DNA of 64,000 nucleotides from Octopus sinensis (lineage: Eukaryota), in the NCBI RefSeq assembly GCF_006345805.1, contig NC_042998.1, positions 99,448,001 to 99,512,000 of the forward strand, written 5' to 3'. This document shows positions 11,949-24,539 of this stretch, in pieces; position 1 is the first letter of the stretch; every line of letters begins with the position of its first letter. Under the pieces are notes generated by a model, which saw nothing but the letters and a program-made list of their open reading frames with translations, ran no database searches and was not told the origin of the DNA. The translations under genes and the position numbers were made by a program.

Positions 11949-14807
11949 TCATCATCATCATCATCATCGTTTAACGTCCGTTCTCCATGCTAGCATGGGT
12001 TGGACGGTTCGACCGGGGTTCTGGGAAGCCAGAAGGCTGCACCAGGCTCCAGTCTAATTTGGCAATGTTTCTACAGCTGGATGCCCTTCCTAACGCCAAC
12101 CACTCCGTGAGTGTAGTGGGTGCTTTTTACGTGCCACCTGCACAGGTGCCAGGCGGGGCTGGCAACGGCCACGGTCAGATTGGTGTATTTTATGTGCCAC
12201 CGGCACGGAAGCCAGTCGAGGCGGTGCTGGCATCGGCCACGAGTCGGATAGTGCTTTTTACGTACCACCAGACCAGGGATCCTGGCTGGTTCAATTCGAT
12301 TTCGATTTCGCTTGCCCCAACATGTCTTCACAAGCAAAGGGGGTTGGCAAGGGTGCCTGTCGTACGGTCGCATTGGAGTATTTTACGTGCCACGGCCACG
12401 AGTCGGATAGTGCTTTTTACGTACCACCAGACCAGGGATCCTGGCTGGTTCAATTCGATTTCGATTTCGCTTGCCCCAACATGTCTTCACAAGCAAAGGG
12501 GGTTGGCATGGGTGCCTGTCGTACGGTCGCATTGGAGTATTTTACGTGCCACGGCCCCGAGTCGGATAGTGCTTTTTACGTACCACCAGGCCAGGGATCC
12601 TGGCTGGTTCAATTCGGTTTCGATTTCGATTTCGCTTGCCCCAACATGTCTTCGCAAGCATGGGGGGTTGGGATGGGTGTCTGTCGTCGGATGAGGTTCT
12701 ATATCGACTTCGCTTGCCTCAACCGGTCTTTGTGTCCAAGGGAGGAAAGGCATTCATAAGTGGGCTGGGCTCACTTGTCCTGCCTGGTCTTCTCACGTAC
12801 AGAATATTTCCAAAGGTCTCGGTCTCTGGTCATTTCCTCAGTGAGGCCTAAAGTTCGAAGGTCGTGCTTCACCACCTCGTCCCAGGTTTTCCTGGGTCTA
12901 CCTCTTCCACGGGTTCCCTCAACTGCTAGGGATTGGCACTTTCTCACACACCTATCTTCATCCATTCTCGCCACATGACCATACCAGCGCAATCGTCTCT
13001 CTTGCACACCACAACTGATGCTTCTTAGGTACAACATTTCTCTCAAGGTGCTAACGCTCTGTCGAGTATGTACACTGACATTACACATCCATCGGAGCAT
13101 ACTGGCTTCATTCCTCACGAGCTTACGCATGTCCTCAGCAGTCACAGCCCATGTTTCGCTGCCATGTAGCATGGCTGTTCGTACACACGCATCATACAGT
13201 CTGCCTTTTACTCTGAGCGAGAGGCCTTTAGTCACCAGCAGAGGTAAGAGCTCCCTAAACTTTGCCCAGGCTATTCTTATTCTAGCAGTTACACTTTCAG
13301 CGCACCCACCCCCACTACTGACTTGGTCACCTAGATAACGGAAGCTATCAACTACTTCTAGTTTTTCCCCCTGGAAAGTGACGGAAGTTGTTTTCTGCAG
13401 ATTTTCGGAGGTTAATGCTCCCGAGCATCTGCCACATACAAAAACTATCTTCCCAGTTAGCCTACCTTTGACATTGCTGCACCTCTTATGTGTCCATAGC
13501 TTACACTGGGTACATCTTATAGAGTTTCTACCTACACCTTTTCTACAGATCGAGCAGGGCCATCTTCCTGAAGATATTTGTGGATTGTCTACCTTTCTAC
13601 TTATTAGTACTTTGGTTTTAGCTAGGTTGACTCTAAGGCCCCTTGATTCTAAACCCTCCTTCCACACCTGGAACTTCTCCTCCAGTTCTGATAGTGACTC
13701 AGCAATAAGAGCAAGGTCGTCAGCGTAGAGGAGCTCCCAGGGACAGCCTGTCTTGAATTCCTCCGTAATTGCCTGGAGTACTATGATAAATAGGAGGGGG
13801 CTGAGTACTGAACCCTGGTGGACCCCAACCTCTACTTTGAATTCTTCTGTGTACATGTTGCCAACCCTAACCTTACTTACGGCATCTCTGTACATGGCTT
13901 GCACAGTCCTCACCAGCCATTCATCTATCCCTAGTTTCCTCATTGACCACCAGATAAGGGATCGGGGGACCCTATCAAAAGCTTTCTCCATGTCAACGAA
14001 AGCCAGGTACAGGGGCTTATCTTTGGCTAGGTATTTCTCCTGCAGCTGCCTTACCAGGAATATAGCATCAGTGGTACTTTTTCCTGGCACGAACCCAAAC
14101 TGCATCTCATCTAAACTAACTCTCTCTCTAATTAGTTGGGCTATGACCCTCTCCGTAACCTTCATTACTTGATCCAACAGCTTGATACCTCTGTAATTAT
14201 TTGTATCTAGGGCATCACCTTTACCTTTGTAGCAGTTGACTAGTATGCTGCTGCACCAGTCATTGGGTATGACTCCTTCGTGTATCACCTGGTTGACTAT
14301 ACGGGTGACTAGGTTATAGCCGACACTGCCAGATATTTTGAGCATCTCTGCAGTAATTCCTGATGGGCCTGGGGCTTTCCCTGTCTTCATGCTTCTAATT
14401 GCCTTAGCTACCACGGAACTATCAACTCGGATAGCTGGTCCCTCTGTAGGGTCAACATTCGGCAGACTCTCTTTATCCCATTCATTTTCCTCATTCAGTA
14501 ACCTTTCATAGTGGCGTCTCCAAGCTTCTCTCTTTGCATCCTCATTTAGCGCAAGTGAACCATCCTCCATGCGAACACATTTCTCTCCTACCACATCACG
14601 ATTCTCTCTCACACACTGTCTTGCAACACGAAATACCTCAAGTCTTTCATCCTCACGGCGCAGGACATTGGCAAATTTTCTCTTATCTGCTTCCCCTCTG
14701 GCTAGATAGACCTGTCTCCTAGCTTCCCTTCTGGCAGTCTGATACCCTTCCCTGCTACCACCGTTCTTCCAGGCCTTCCAAGCCTGTTTCTTTTGTCTAA
14801 TAGCCCT
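11949..14807 (-). mobile_element. Young 5'-truncated RTE-clade LINE (RT ORF, about 820-bp 3'UTR, (GAT)n tail) in TOP3B intron 1
   Basis: Uninterrupted 684-codon ORF with RT motifs (GVHQGSVLSPLLF, LLYADD, RLRWYGHV); no endonuclease domain; 3' end is a GAT microsatellite. Confidence 0.95.
12235..12700. repeat. 159-bp tandem repeat (about 3 copies) in the RTE 3'UTR
   Basis: ggccacgagtcggatagtgc unit starts at 12235, 12394 and 12553. Confidence 0.9.
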
Positions 14808-14825
14808 GAAGTAGCAATAAATCAA
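12771..14825 (-). CDS. RTE reverse transcriptase ORF (truncated; annotated start lies in flank) with inserted PHD finger
   Basis: YADD at 13716-13727; C-x2-C...C-x2-C-x4-H-x2-C...C-x2-C at about 13424-13563. Confidence 0.9.
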   Translation of the reverse strand: MIYCYFRAIRQKKQAWKAWKNGGSREGYQTARREARRQVYLARGEADKRKFANVLRREDERLEVFRVARQCVRENRDVVGEKCVRMEDGSLALNEDAKREAWRRHYERLLNEENEWDKESLPNVDPTEGPAIRVDSSVVAKAIRSMKTGKAPGPSGITAEMLKISGSVGYNLVTRIVNQVIHEGVIPNDWCSSILVNCYKGKGDALDTNNYRGIKLLDQVMKVTERVIAQLIRERVSLDEMQFGFVPGKSTTDAIFLVRQLQEKYLAKDKPLYLAFVDMEKAFDRVPRSLIWWSMRKLGIDEWLVRTVQAMYRDAVSKVRVGNMYTEEFKVEVGVHQGSVLSPLLFIIVLQAITEEFKTGCPWELLYADDLALIAESLSELEEKFQVWKEGLESRGLRVNLAKTKVLISRKVDNPQISSGRWPCSICRKGVGRNSIRCTQCKLWTHKRCSNVKGRLTGKIVFVCGRCSGALTSENLQKTTSVTFQGEKLEVVDSFRYLGDQVSSGGGCAESVTARIRIAWAKFRELLPLLVTKGLSLRVKGRLYDACVRTAMLHGSETWAVTAEDMRKLVRNEASMLRWMCNVSVHTRQSVSTLREMLYLRSISCGVQERRLRWYGHVARMDEDRCVRKCQSLAVEGTRGRGRPRKTWDEVVKHDLRTLGLTEEMTRDRDLWKYSVREKTRQDK

Positions 14826-15045
14826 GGTGAACTATCTGCCTGGAAAACACTTCAACTCCTCTTGGGAACAGTTGGGAATCAAGCTAACTTGCCTATTATC
14901 ATGAATTTTTTTATAATGTCAAATATCTACTCTGTATCCACTTATCAAATATTGATGTATTTTTCATACCAAAATTAAAAGGATTACTATGAATTTATAA
15001 CTATATTATGAATTGACTCTGCTTTCCTTCATTTACTATCTCATG

Positions 15046-15093
<48 letters not shown>

Positions 15094-15879
15094 TTGCACC
15101 CACATGCTTAATGACCAACGGGACAAATGACCAGCAATTATCAAAAATTCAGGTCCATGGATTTAGGTGATTCACAATGTCTTTATAAGCCTATTTTAGC
15201 TCTTAAAGAATTCTGACAATGATGGCATGGACACTTTTGGAGTCTTTGTAGCAAATCAGCTTCTTTTGTTTAGTCCCATGTTTCTGATTACTTTCAAAGA
15301 ATTTGTGTCTAATGTGGAATTTTTTCATCCAGAGCACACAATTACCTCAATAGTCAAGGAGGAAATAGTAATGTTAAAGATTCTGGATGCTTGTTTTGGC
15401 TGATCTTTGTATTACTGTCTTGGAACTCTGACTGGATGTGTTCCCTCTTACAATTCTCTACAGATAAGTATTTTCATCTTTGAATGGGATTAACCCATCA
15501 AACCTGTGATGTAACACCCCAGCCTAATGGTTTTGAATCTGATTCTCTTTAGAATATCATTATCTTTTACATGGTCTTGCTAACATATGCCCAAGATGGT
15601 TTACAGCTTTATCTGATGGAAGTATTCCAACTTCTCTATATTTTTTTTGTAAAAACATCCAAGTTTCACATGCAAGAGAATTGTGGGAACAGTTGTGCAT
15701 GTGATGATTTTATCACAACAGAAGACTCTTTTGTAGTTTCCCAAAATGAGCATGCATAGGAGGAATGCAATTCCAAATTCCAACAGATACAGTGGTGATA
15801 CTTCTCAGTTGAGAGAAATAATTAAATTGTCCAACCAGGCACTGTTTCTGTTCAAGATAGTCACTACTTCAACATCATC

Positions 15880-17645
15880 ATCATCATTTAACATCCATTG
15901 TCCATGCTGGTATGGATTGGACAGTTTGACAAGGGTTGGCAAGCTGGAAGGTTGCACTAGACTCCAGTCTGATTTGGCAAGGTTTCTACAGCTGGATGCC
16001 CTTCTTAATGCCAAGCACTCCGAGAGTGTAATGGGTGCCATTTGCATGACACTGGTATCTTTCCTGAATGTGATTTTGCTCGGCTTGATGTGTCTTCTCA
16101 AGCACGGCATAATGCCAAAGGTCTTGGTCATTATCTCTGTGAGACCCAACACACAAATGGTGCTTTTTACGTGCCACCAGCATGGATGCCAATTATGTAA
16201 CGCCATCATCAGCTATGATTATAACTTCATTTGGCGAGTCTTCTCAAGCACAGCATATTGTCAAAGGTCTCAGTCACTAGTAACTGCCTCTGTGAGGCCC
16301 AATGTTCGAAGATCATGCTTCAACACCTTGTCCCATGTCTTTCTGGGTCTACCTCTACCACAGGTTCCCTCCACAGTTAGAGATCAGCACTTCTTTACAC
16401 TACTGTCCTTGTCTATACGCATCACATGACCATATTGGCACAGTCGTCTCTAGCACACCACACCTGATACTTCTCGTACCTAACTTTTCTCTCAAGATGC
16501 TTACACTCTGTCAAACATGCACACTGACATTGCACATACTGGCTTCATTTCTCCCAAGCCTACGCATGTCCTCAGCTGTCACAGCCCATGTCACACTGCC
16601 ATGTAGTATAGCTGCTTGCATATAGGCATCATACAATCTGCCTTTCACTCTGAGTGAGAGGCCATTTGTTGCCAGCAGAGGTAGGCTCTCTCTGAACTTT
16701 ATCTAACCTATTCTTATTCTCACAGATACAATCTCGGAGCATCCACCTCCACTACTAACTTGGTCACCTATATAATGGAAGTTATCTACTACTTCTAGTT
16801 TACCTCAATGGCAGTTGGAGTTTATTTTCTGTACACTTTTGGTGTTTATAGTACCTGTGCATCTTCCACACACAAAAGCTATTTTCCCTGTTAATCTTCC
16901 TCTGGTATTACTGCACCTCTCAAATATCCAAAGCTTACATCAGGTGCATCTTATGGAGTTTCTACCTATGCCTTTTCTACAGATCGAGCAGAGCTGTCTA
17001 CCTGAAGGGATTTGTGATTTGTCTACCTTCCTACTTACTAAGACTTTGGTTTTTGATAGGTTAACTCTAAGGCCCTTTGATTCTAGACCTGGAACTTCTC
17101 TGGTTCTGGTAGTGATTCACCTATAACAGTAAGGTCATCAGTATAGAGTAGTTCCCAGGGGCAGCCTATGTTAAATTCATCTGTTATTGCCAGGAGGCCT
17201 ATGATGAACAAGAGGGGTCTGAAGACTGATCGTTGGTGAACCCCTACTTGTACCTTGAATTCTTTGCTGTACTAGTTGCCAACCCTCACCTTATTGATAG
17301 TGTCCCTATACAGGGGTTGTACAGCTCTTACCAACCACTCATCTATTCCTAGTTTCCATATTGGCCACCAGATAAGGGATCCCTGCCAAAGGCTTTCTCC
17401 AAGTCAACGAAAGCCAAGTACAGAGGTATTTCTCCTGCAGCTGCCTTACCAGAAATATAGCATCAGTGGTGCTACAGCCTGGCACAAAACCAAAGCTGAA
17501 TCTCATCTAGACTGACTCTCTCCCTAATTACTTAGGCTATGATTCTACATAACATTCATCACCTGATCCAACAATTTGATACTTCTGTATTTATTTCTAT
17601 CTAAGGCATCACCTTTACCTTTGTAGCATTTGACTATGGTGCTGC
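15880..17645 (-). mobile_element. Degenerate RTE LINE copy in TOP3B intron 1
   Basis: Colinear with 12771-14230, with many stops and indels; CAT-repeat tail at about 15880. Confidence 0.88.
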
Positions 17646-18517
17646 TACTTTTCTATTTTTTTTTTTGCGGGGTGGGATATTAACGTCTAGACCAAAAAGC
17701 ATCCATGAGTGTTCCTGGACATCTTTGTATATCTTTAGCACTGGGCTCTCCTATGTCATTATCATCAATATATTTAAGCTTAGAACAAACATACATTCAT
17801 TCCTCCAGTTACTTTGAAGGCTCAAAATCTCATTGTTACTGGACAGAAACTTCAGCATACTTAGCCTTTCTTTATTCACAGAAAACAAAATTCTGAAACA
17901 AATGTATAAAAGGAAGACAATGAAATATCGGAAATGTTCAGAATTAGATCATTTTCTGATGATGTATGTTAGGATACATATTAGCGAAAGCATTGAGTTC
18001 TTAAACAAAGGAACAAAAATCTCCTAATGGATTATTATAAGCATCTAAACTTGTTGAGTTTGCTTAGTTTCAAATGAAAATTTAAATCCTGAGTATGTTT
18101 GTAATGCAGATGATACAGAACCGTTTTGGAATGTTTGCAAAGAAGAACATCAACAAGTGAGGATACAGAATCCTTATGGGGTGATAAAGCATCAGAACTG
18201 ATAAAAAATGTTATTGGTAATTATCTTCTGCCTAAACAGCACAGCATTAATCCACCCCCAGAACAGTGACGATATGTTAAGTCTAAGCATCACACACTTT
18301 TATGAGGTAGCATGTACAGTTTAATAACACTGGCAAGTCAGTATGTAAGTTTCTTAATGATTTTAATGTTTACTGTGTTATCAATGCTTGGAAGTCTGTA
18401 GGAAAATGGATGGCATAAATTGTGGTCAGAAGTGATGTTTGAGTGCACCAGATGAAGACAATGGAAATGCTTTTGAAGGATTTTGAAATTCAAAGGAAAA
18501 ACAGATTACATACGAAC

Positions 18518-18567
18518 AGCTTTCGGCAAGACTTCCTTTTGTACCCACCCCCAAAAAACACCCCTTA

Positions 18568-18626
<59 letters not shown>

Positions 18627-18977
18627 ATACGAATCTGCAAAAAAAAATTGGCAAAAATCGGCATTTTGAAATCACCCCCACCCCACTAATTTCTTCATTT
18701 TAAACTTTTTTCAGACATTTTCTTCTTTTTTTTTTCCCAAAATATGCGGAAAAATATGGAGATTATGATTCTGAAAAAAATTTCCAAAAATTTTTATAGT
18801 TAGGGTTGGGATTTTAGGGTTAGGGAAAAAAGTGAAAAATGTAGAAATTGAGGGGTAGGAGGGGGGAATTTCAAAATGCCGATTTTTGGCAATTTTTCGG
18901 AATCTCCGTATCCGAAAACGGGGGTTTTATGGGGTGGGGGTGGGGAGAAAATGGGGGTGAGGATGTCTTTCCCAGCT
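18518..18977. repeat. Inverted-repeat element with internal (TA)n and TTAGGG units
   Basis: aaaaatcggcattttgaaat (18653-18672) versus atttcaaaatgccgattttt (18868-18887); TTAGGG x3 at 18800-18825. Confidence 0.75.
18569..18620. repeat. (TA)n microsatellite
   Basis: About 26 TA units; other TA/CA/TG tracts at 15049-15086, 36935-36990, 47426-47474, 48690-48725 and 51915-51995. Confidence 0.95.
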
Positions 18978-21280
18978 TTCTTATGCTCGTTATTTAATCC
19001 TATTGCAAAATATTTTGCCTTCAAAGATAGGTGAAGATCATGGAGAATGGATGAGTGTAAATGAAGATGCAACAACCGTTCATTAGTGCACTGACCCAGA
19101 AATTGTAGATTTGTTATAAGCCCACAGCAACAAGCCAGTGGAAAAGACAGCAACGAAACAAATATAGCAAAAGAGCCTCTATTGATAAATTCAGTTGACA
19201 GGATAAGTTCTAGCAGGTCTAGAACAACGAAGTTTTACAAGTGAACAAGAAATAACTAACATTTACATTCTGAGACAAACTCAAAGAAAGGCCAAAGCAT
19301 ATGAAATGGCTCAACTTGCAAGTTATGTTTTAAAAAAAAAATAGCTGAAAAGTCTGGAGCAGAGTAGTAATCATTTGACAATATAACGGTCTCAATCAAT
19401 ATCTGCTAACCAGATGTGCTGTCACCTTCATTAATATCTTAGTCACGTTTCAAAGAAAGAACCTCGATAGCCCTTCATATCAAAAAGATGCTAATCCTGA
19501 CAGCCTTCACTCCGAGACAATAATGCAGATGTGCTTAGTTACTTTTCGCTTCAGAAACGGCAGTGAAGAAAGTGTTTGTTAGTCATTAAAATTTCACTTC
19601 CTTTTCATTTAATGTTTCTTTATTAATCAGTCAGCCGTTGAGTTAATATTTTAAGTGTATTCTAACTACTTTTTAATTCAGTAAAACCACTAATCCAACA
19701 CTCTTCAGGTCCCAATGATGCCGGATTAGCGATGGTCGTTCCGTCTCTCCCTCTCTCTTTTTTCTCTCTATCTATACACACACACAGTTGGCCCGAAGTC
19801 AGCCTTGAACAAGCTATCCTGTCATCAAAAGCATTCAAACCATGACCATATATTTTCTCAAAGATCACCTGAAAGGGTAATCCAGAATTGACTTATGTTC
19901 TTTATCTTCTTGATGCTGTTTGGTTAGCGAAAAATTTGTTTGCCCTTTTTTTCCTCTTTTCATTTTTTTAAAAATCTTGACTCCAGAACCATTAGAACGT
20001 TAGACAAAAATACCTTGCAATATTTGTCCTAGCTCTTTTTATCTTCTGAGTTTACAACTCATCGCCAACTTCGCCTTTCATTGCACCGAAATCGATAAAA
20101 TATTAGTCAAGCATTTGTCAATTTAATCGTCTCCTGTCAAGGCTTTGTGCCTAGAAGGCGACCAGCTAACAGAATCGTTAGAGCGTTGGAATAAATGCCT
20201 TGCAGTATTTGTTGACCCAGTTCTTTACGTTCTGAGTTCAAATCCCGCAGAGCTCAACTCTGCCTTTCATCTCTCGAGGGTCGATAAATAAAGTACCAGT
20301 CAACTAATTTGTTGGCCATGTGCCTAAATTAGAAACTAAGGAAAAGATGTGAGAAGGGTGGAGAAGCTGGAATGAGACCAGAAGACTGGCAAAAATCAGA
20401 GCTGGTTGGAGAGATGGGGTTGCGGCCTTATGTGCCTGAATGCACGAAGAGAACTAGTGGAAAAAGGAAGGCGGCGAGCTGGCAAAATCGTTAGCACGCC
20501 GGGCAAAATGCTTAGCGGCATTTCGTCAGTTTTTACGTTTTGAGTTCAAATTCTGATGAAAAACTTTGCTTTTCATCCTTTGGTGGTAGTGGTAGTTGAT
20601 CGATGAAATAAGTATCAGTTGAACACTGGGTCGATATAATCCACCAGATCCCCTCCTCATAAATTTCAGGCTTTGTGCCTATAGTAGAAATAATTATTAG
20701 CCGCAAAAGACATTCTCCAATAACTGTGTAGTGTGATTAAAATAATTGTTAAACGATAATTGACCCCCAATTCGCAAATCGATTTGTTAAAACATGTCAG
20801 ATTTAGAGGGTGGGAAGAACCTACCTACCCATACACACACTTTCCAAAAAGCATTATGTGAATAAGGTGGATACCGCCAGAAATTGAAATCCGATTGCGG
20901 TCTTGTTTCAGCTGCACTATAATCTAGAGGTTCGACAGATAGAACCAATATTTCTCTCTCTTTATTGGTCTTAACAACGGAGGTGTGTGTGGATTGAGTG
21001 GGGTCATGGTCATGTTCAAAGAAAGCTGTTATAGTAGTCTGGGATAAAAAAGAGCATGAGGTTGGCATGAAAAATGTAGACGTTTGGAAAGTATGCGATT
21101 AGTGTATGCAAAATTTGGAACAAGTATCAAGTTGAACTGGTAATATAAAGCTAAGATTGCCCAAGCAGTAAGCAGTGTAGTAAGCCAGACGGATTGTGAC
21201 TAAAGCCACAGTAGTATTAGTAATAGTAAAAAAAAATTACTACTACAAATCTAAAATAGTAGCTTAAGTAAGTTACTTAC

Positions 21281-21514
21281 CGGATCGACTTTATCCCAGT
21301 TGTTGTACTTGCCAGTAAAATCCAGGGTCATGACATGACCACACACTGATGTAAATTTGAAGTAAGCCGGTTCGCCTTGAAATTTACCTCGATATTCATG
21401 CACTGAACAGGCTCCATTATAACCTTTTCGAGATGTCATGCTGTTGTTGGATAAGATTTTGGCTAACGAAGCAGCCAAAGATGGCTTTTCAGCCACCATA
21501 AATACAGTCTTCAT
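21281..21514 (-). CDS. TOP3B: DNA topoisomerase 3-beta, coding exon 1 (TOPRIM N-terminus)
   Basis: MKTVFMVAEKPSLAASLAKILS...TSVCGHVMTLDFTGKYNNWDKVDP matches the TOP3B N-terminus; ends at CCG|gtaagt; 234 nt, phase 0. Confidence 0.97.
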
Positions 21515-21720
21515 TTTTCACTTATAAAATATTCCTAAATACCGTATGCATAAACAGAATAACATTCATTTTACTCCTGGAACACCGATAGTTTGTACTC
21601 TTGAAATATGAAATATTCATTGAGGAACTTTCCGTATATATTCGGTTGACTTCGGATAATCTCGTAACTAATGTCGAATGATTTTCGTTGTCATACGTAA
21701 ACATCCGTTGTCATTCGTTA

Positions 21721-21728
21721 ACTTCCGG
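21721..21728 (-). promoter_or_regulatory. ETS-type motif (CCGGAAGT) upstream of the TOP3B start codon
   Basis: ACTTCCGG on plus strand, about 210 bp 5' of the ATG, in a CpG-retaining region. Confidence 0.4.
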
Positions 21729-23385
21729 TCATTGATATGTCGACTACTTAATTGTATTTATCATCTTATAAATACATTTTCTTAATGGACATTAAAAATA
21801 TTCTTGTGTCTTCTTAGAAATTAAAACAACGGCTTTTCAGCACTCAGACACTCCTCTAATTCTATTCCAATTATTTGAATTAGTAAAGGAACTTACATAG
21901 TCACGCAGTCTGCTAAATGCGCTAGTCAACAGCTGTATCTACATTTTCTCTCGTCTTAAATTTGGTGATCTTTGATTATAACGTGCCACTTACACTTTAT
22001 CAAACTATAGCTGTTGGTAGGATTTGAATTGGAAACTTCAAGGAATTTATTTATTTGTGAGGACGAGCTAGCTTGCTTATCATGGGGGATATTTTGAAAT
22101 ATAATTAAGAATTATTTTGTGTTGTTGTTGTAACCCATTTTTGTGTTACTTTTGTGTATTGAATTTGTTTTATTTTACGTTGTTGTTGTTAAAATAGCAG
22201 AGGTGGGGCTTCGATTTCTAGCAGAATGAGAGATCGTATAGATGCTCCTTTCGTAAAGAATTGAAATTATTCAATTAACGTTTTTATGAGTTTAAACGTG
22301 AGAATAATTCGTTCATTCCTGTCTTATTTTCTTTAAAAAATAAATAAGATAGCTTAATCCCTCAAAATGGAGCTTTGTAAGTTGGGGAAACTTTAAGTTT
22401 CCTTTCAGTTGTGCAAAAGAATGATACAAACAATAACATTGCTTTAAGGATTAAAAGTTGAAACAAACGAAGACAATATTATCATAGCAATAATTCAGAC
22501 AAATAACATTTTCCACAGTTCTCGAACACTGTCATTTACACCAAATAGAAGTAGTTTTATATTTTGGGACAGCGAAAATAAATACAGGATATTATTCACA
22601 AATAGCAATATAATCTTTCAAAAAAATTCTAGCTTGTCACCATGCTTATGTGTATCATTGTTCTATCTCCACTGATTCAGTTAAATATTTTGGGAGGATC
22701 ATTCTACCAACAAAAACACACGCACTGGTAATTTGCTCATTTCATTATTGTTAATTAACGCCTCTAGAGACGATGCCATGATAAAATGCACCCAATACAG
22801 TCTTTAAAACTGGTTGATGTTAGGGAGAGTGTCTTGTCATAGAAACTGTGCTTAAATAAAATATATGAGCAATACATGGTCCTATGATCCATCAAACAAG
22901 GCAGAAACTACGAATAAGAACTGACTTGGATAGGGATGTATCAATTTAAACCAGCATAGAAAGTGGATGTAAAGTTAAAACTGAACAACAGGAAAATGAA
23001 TAAGAACTCTAACACAAAAATTAACAAGACACAGAAGTATGGTGCAGGCTTCTGCTTGGCCAGCTCCTATCAAACTGTCTAAAACATGCCAGGATAGTAG
23101 GAGGACATTAAATGATGATGAACTATGCAAAAAATAATTCTTACGTACTCACAAAAATATCATCAGTGACTAATAAACTGATCAAAGCACAGATTCAGAA
23201 AAAGATCTTCAGCTGCTATCACTATTGTTATCAGCTACAGTGTGACAAATTCAAAGTGGTCCTTTATAACCAGAGATTACCTTCTTCAAGTATCTGACCA
23301 TCATTATGCTCTTTCTTCCCTCCCGTTTTTCTAGGAATAAGTCTGGTCAATTTTTATGGGTATTATGCTACTGTTTATTATAACA

Positions 23386-24275
23386 ACTAGCTGACATACC
23401 CGGTAATTCCTGGGAAAGCGGGGCTTATCCCTTTGTTCCGTTAATCCAATAGCAACAATACAAAGTATGTAGCCCTTGAAATGGTTTTCGTACATTTACA
23501 GAGAATACCAAACTGTCTTACACAGGATCTTGTTTTTAGGAATTCCCAATAAGTTATGAATACCCAAATTGTGAAGTCAATTATGTAATAACATGAAATT
23601 AGTTACTCGATGGTAAGAATTCAAATAAAGCAGCCCCAAAAAGGGCTTTAATGCGTTTCCAGAGTATATAGAACTTAGGAGGAAAGACTAATAAGATATG
23701 TATACTAAAATCATGCAGCATGTTACGTAACAACAGGCTAATCAGACATGAGATAATAACAATTCAAAGTAAATAACTCTGAAAAGTGCTTTTGTGTGTT
23801 CCCAGAGAATATTACTCTCAGGGGTGCTAGTGTTGGTATATTCATGAATAAGTCACTAACCGAAATAAGTGGATCTATTGTTTAGGAAAATACTATTTAC
23901 TTGTTTAAGGGTTGTACTGGATAAATTGCAGAAATAACTCTAACAGTTCAAATACTAAGAAATAAGCATATTCAATTTCATTTTTACCAAATAATTTAGG
24001 AAAATGAATGAGCTATTTTTCTTGGCTATATATAAGGATTCCTTCCAGGGGCAAATGGGTATTTCCCTTAGTTTTTAAAATAAAATATATTTAAGGATCC
24101 CTTCCAGGGGCCCTATTATCATTTTTTCAACAATCTGAGTATGCCATGAGGTGTCCAGACATGAGTTCTACTTGCGTATCAAGTTTCATCAAAATCAATA
24201 AACCGATGTAGGAGGAGTTAGCTAGCAACTCCACAAACATACCCACAGACAGAATTTCCCACATATGTCGTAAAT
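23386..24275 (+). mobile_element. Helitron-like non-autonomous element
   Basis: 5' actagctgacatacccgg; 3' aagtttcatcaaaatc...acaaacatacccacagacagaattt, typical of invertebrate non-autonomous Helitrons. Confidence 0.45.
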
Positions 24276-24539
24276 AATGGTTTTTGATATCGGCACAATG
24301 CCATGCAGTTTTGTGGTGAGAAACACTGATAATAGTATCAGTGCTTGACTGTTGCTTTACTGACACCTACCTACTGTAACAGTATTTGAACTCAAAATAA
24401 AAGGAACATAACTATATAGATGGGTCAATTCCACCATCTTTGAAACTCAACAGTGCTGTATGTGCTAGCATATTTGATGTACTAAATCATGAAATTTCAA
24501 TTGCCAGAGCAGCCGACTGGCTTCCGTGCCAGTGGCACG

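Noticed and set aside
11987-12694. 235-aa repetitive plus-strand ORF (and its twin at 46670-47248)
   Set aside because: Antisense reading of the RTE 3'UTR. The 53-aa repeats reflect the 159-bp unit, and the twin copy shifts frame through indels
13018-14172. Plus-strand ORFs over the RT
   Set aside because: Antisense shadows of the RTE ORF
15746-16429. 227-aa plus-strand ORF
   Set aside because: Composite of flank and antisense RTE tail; no coding signature
19800-19840. TGATGA...CTGA on the minus strand, as a possible C/D snoRNA
   Set aside because: Boxes only about 25 nt apart, no terminal stem, too short
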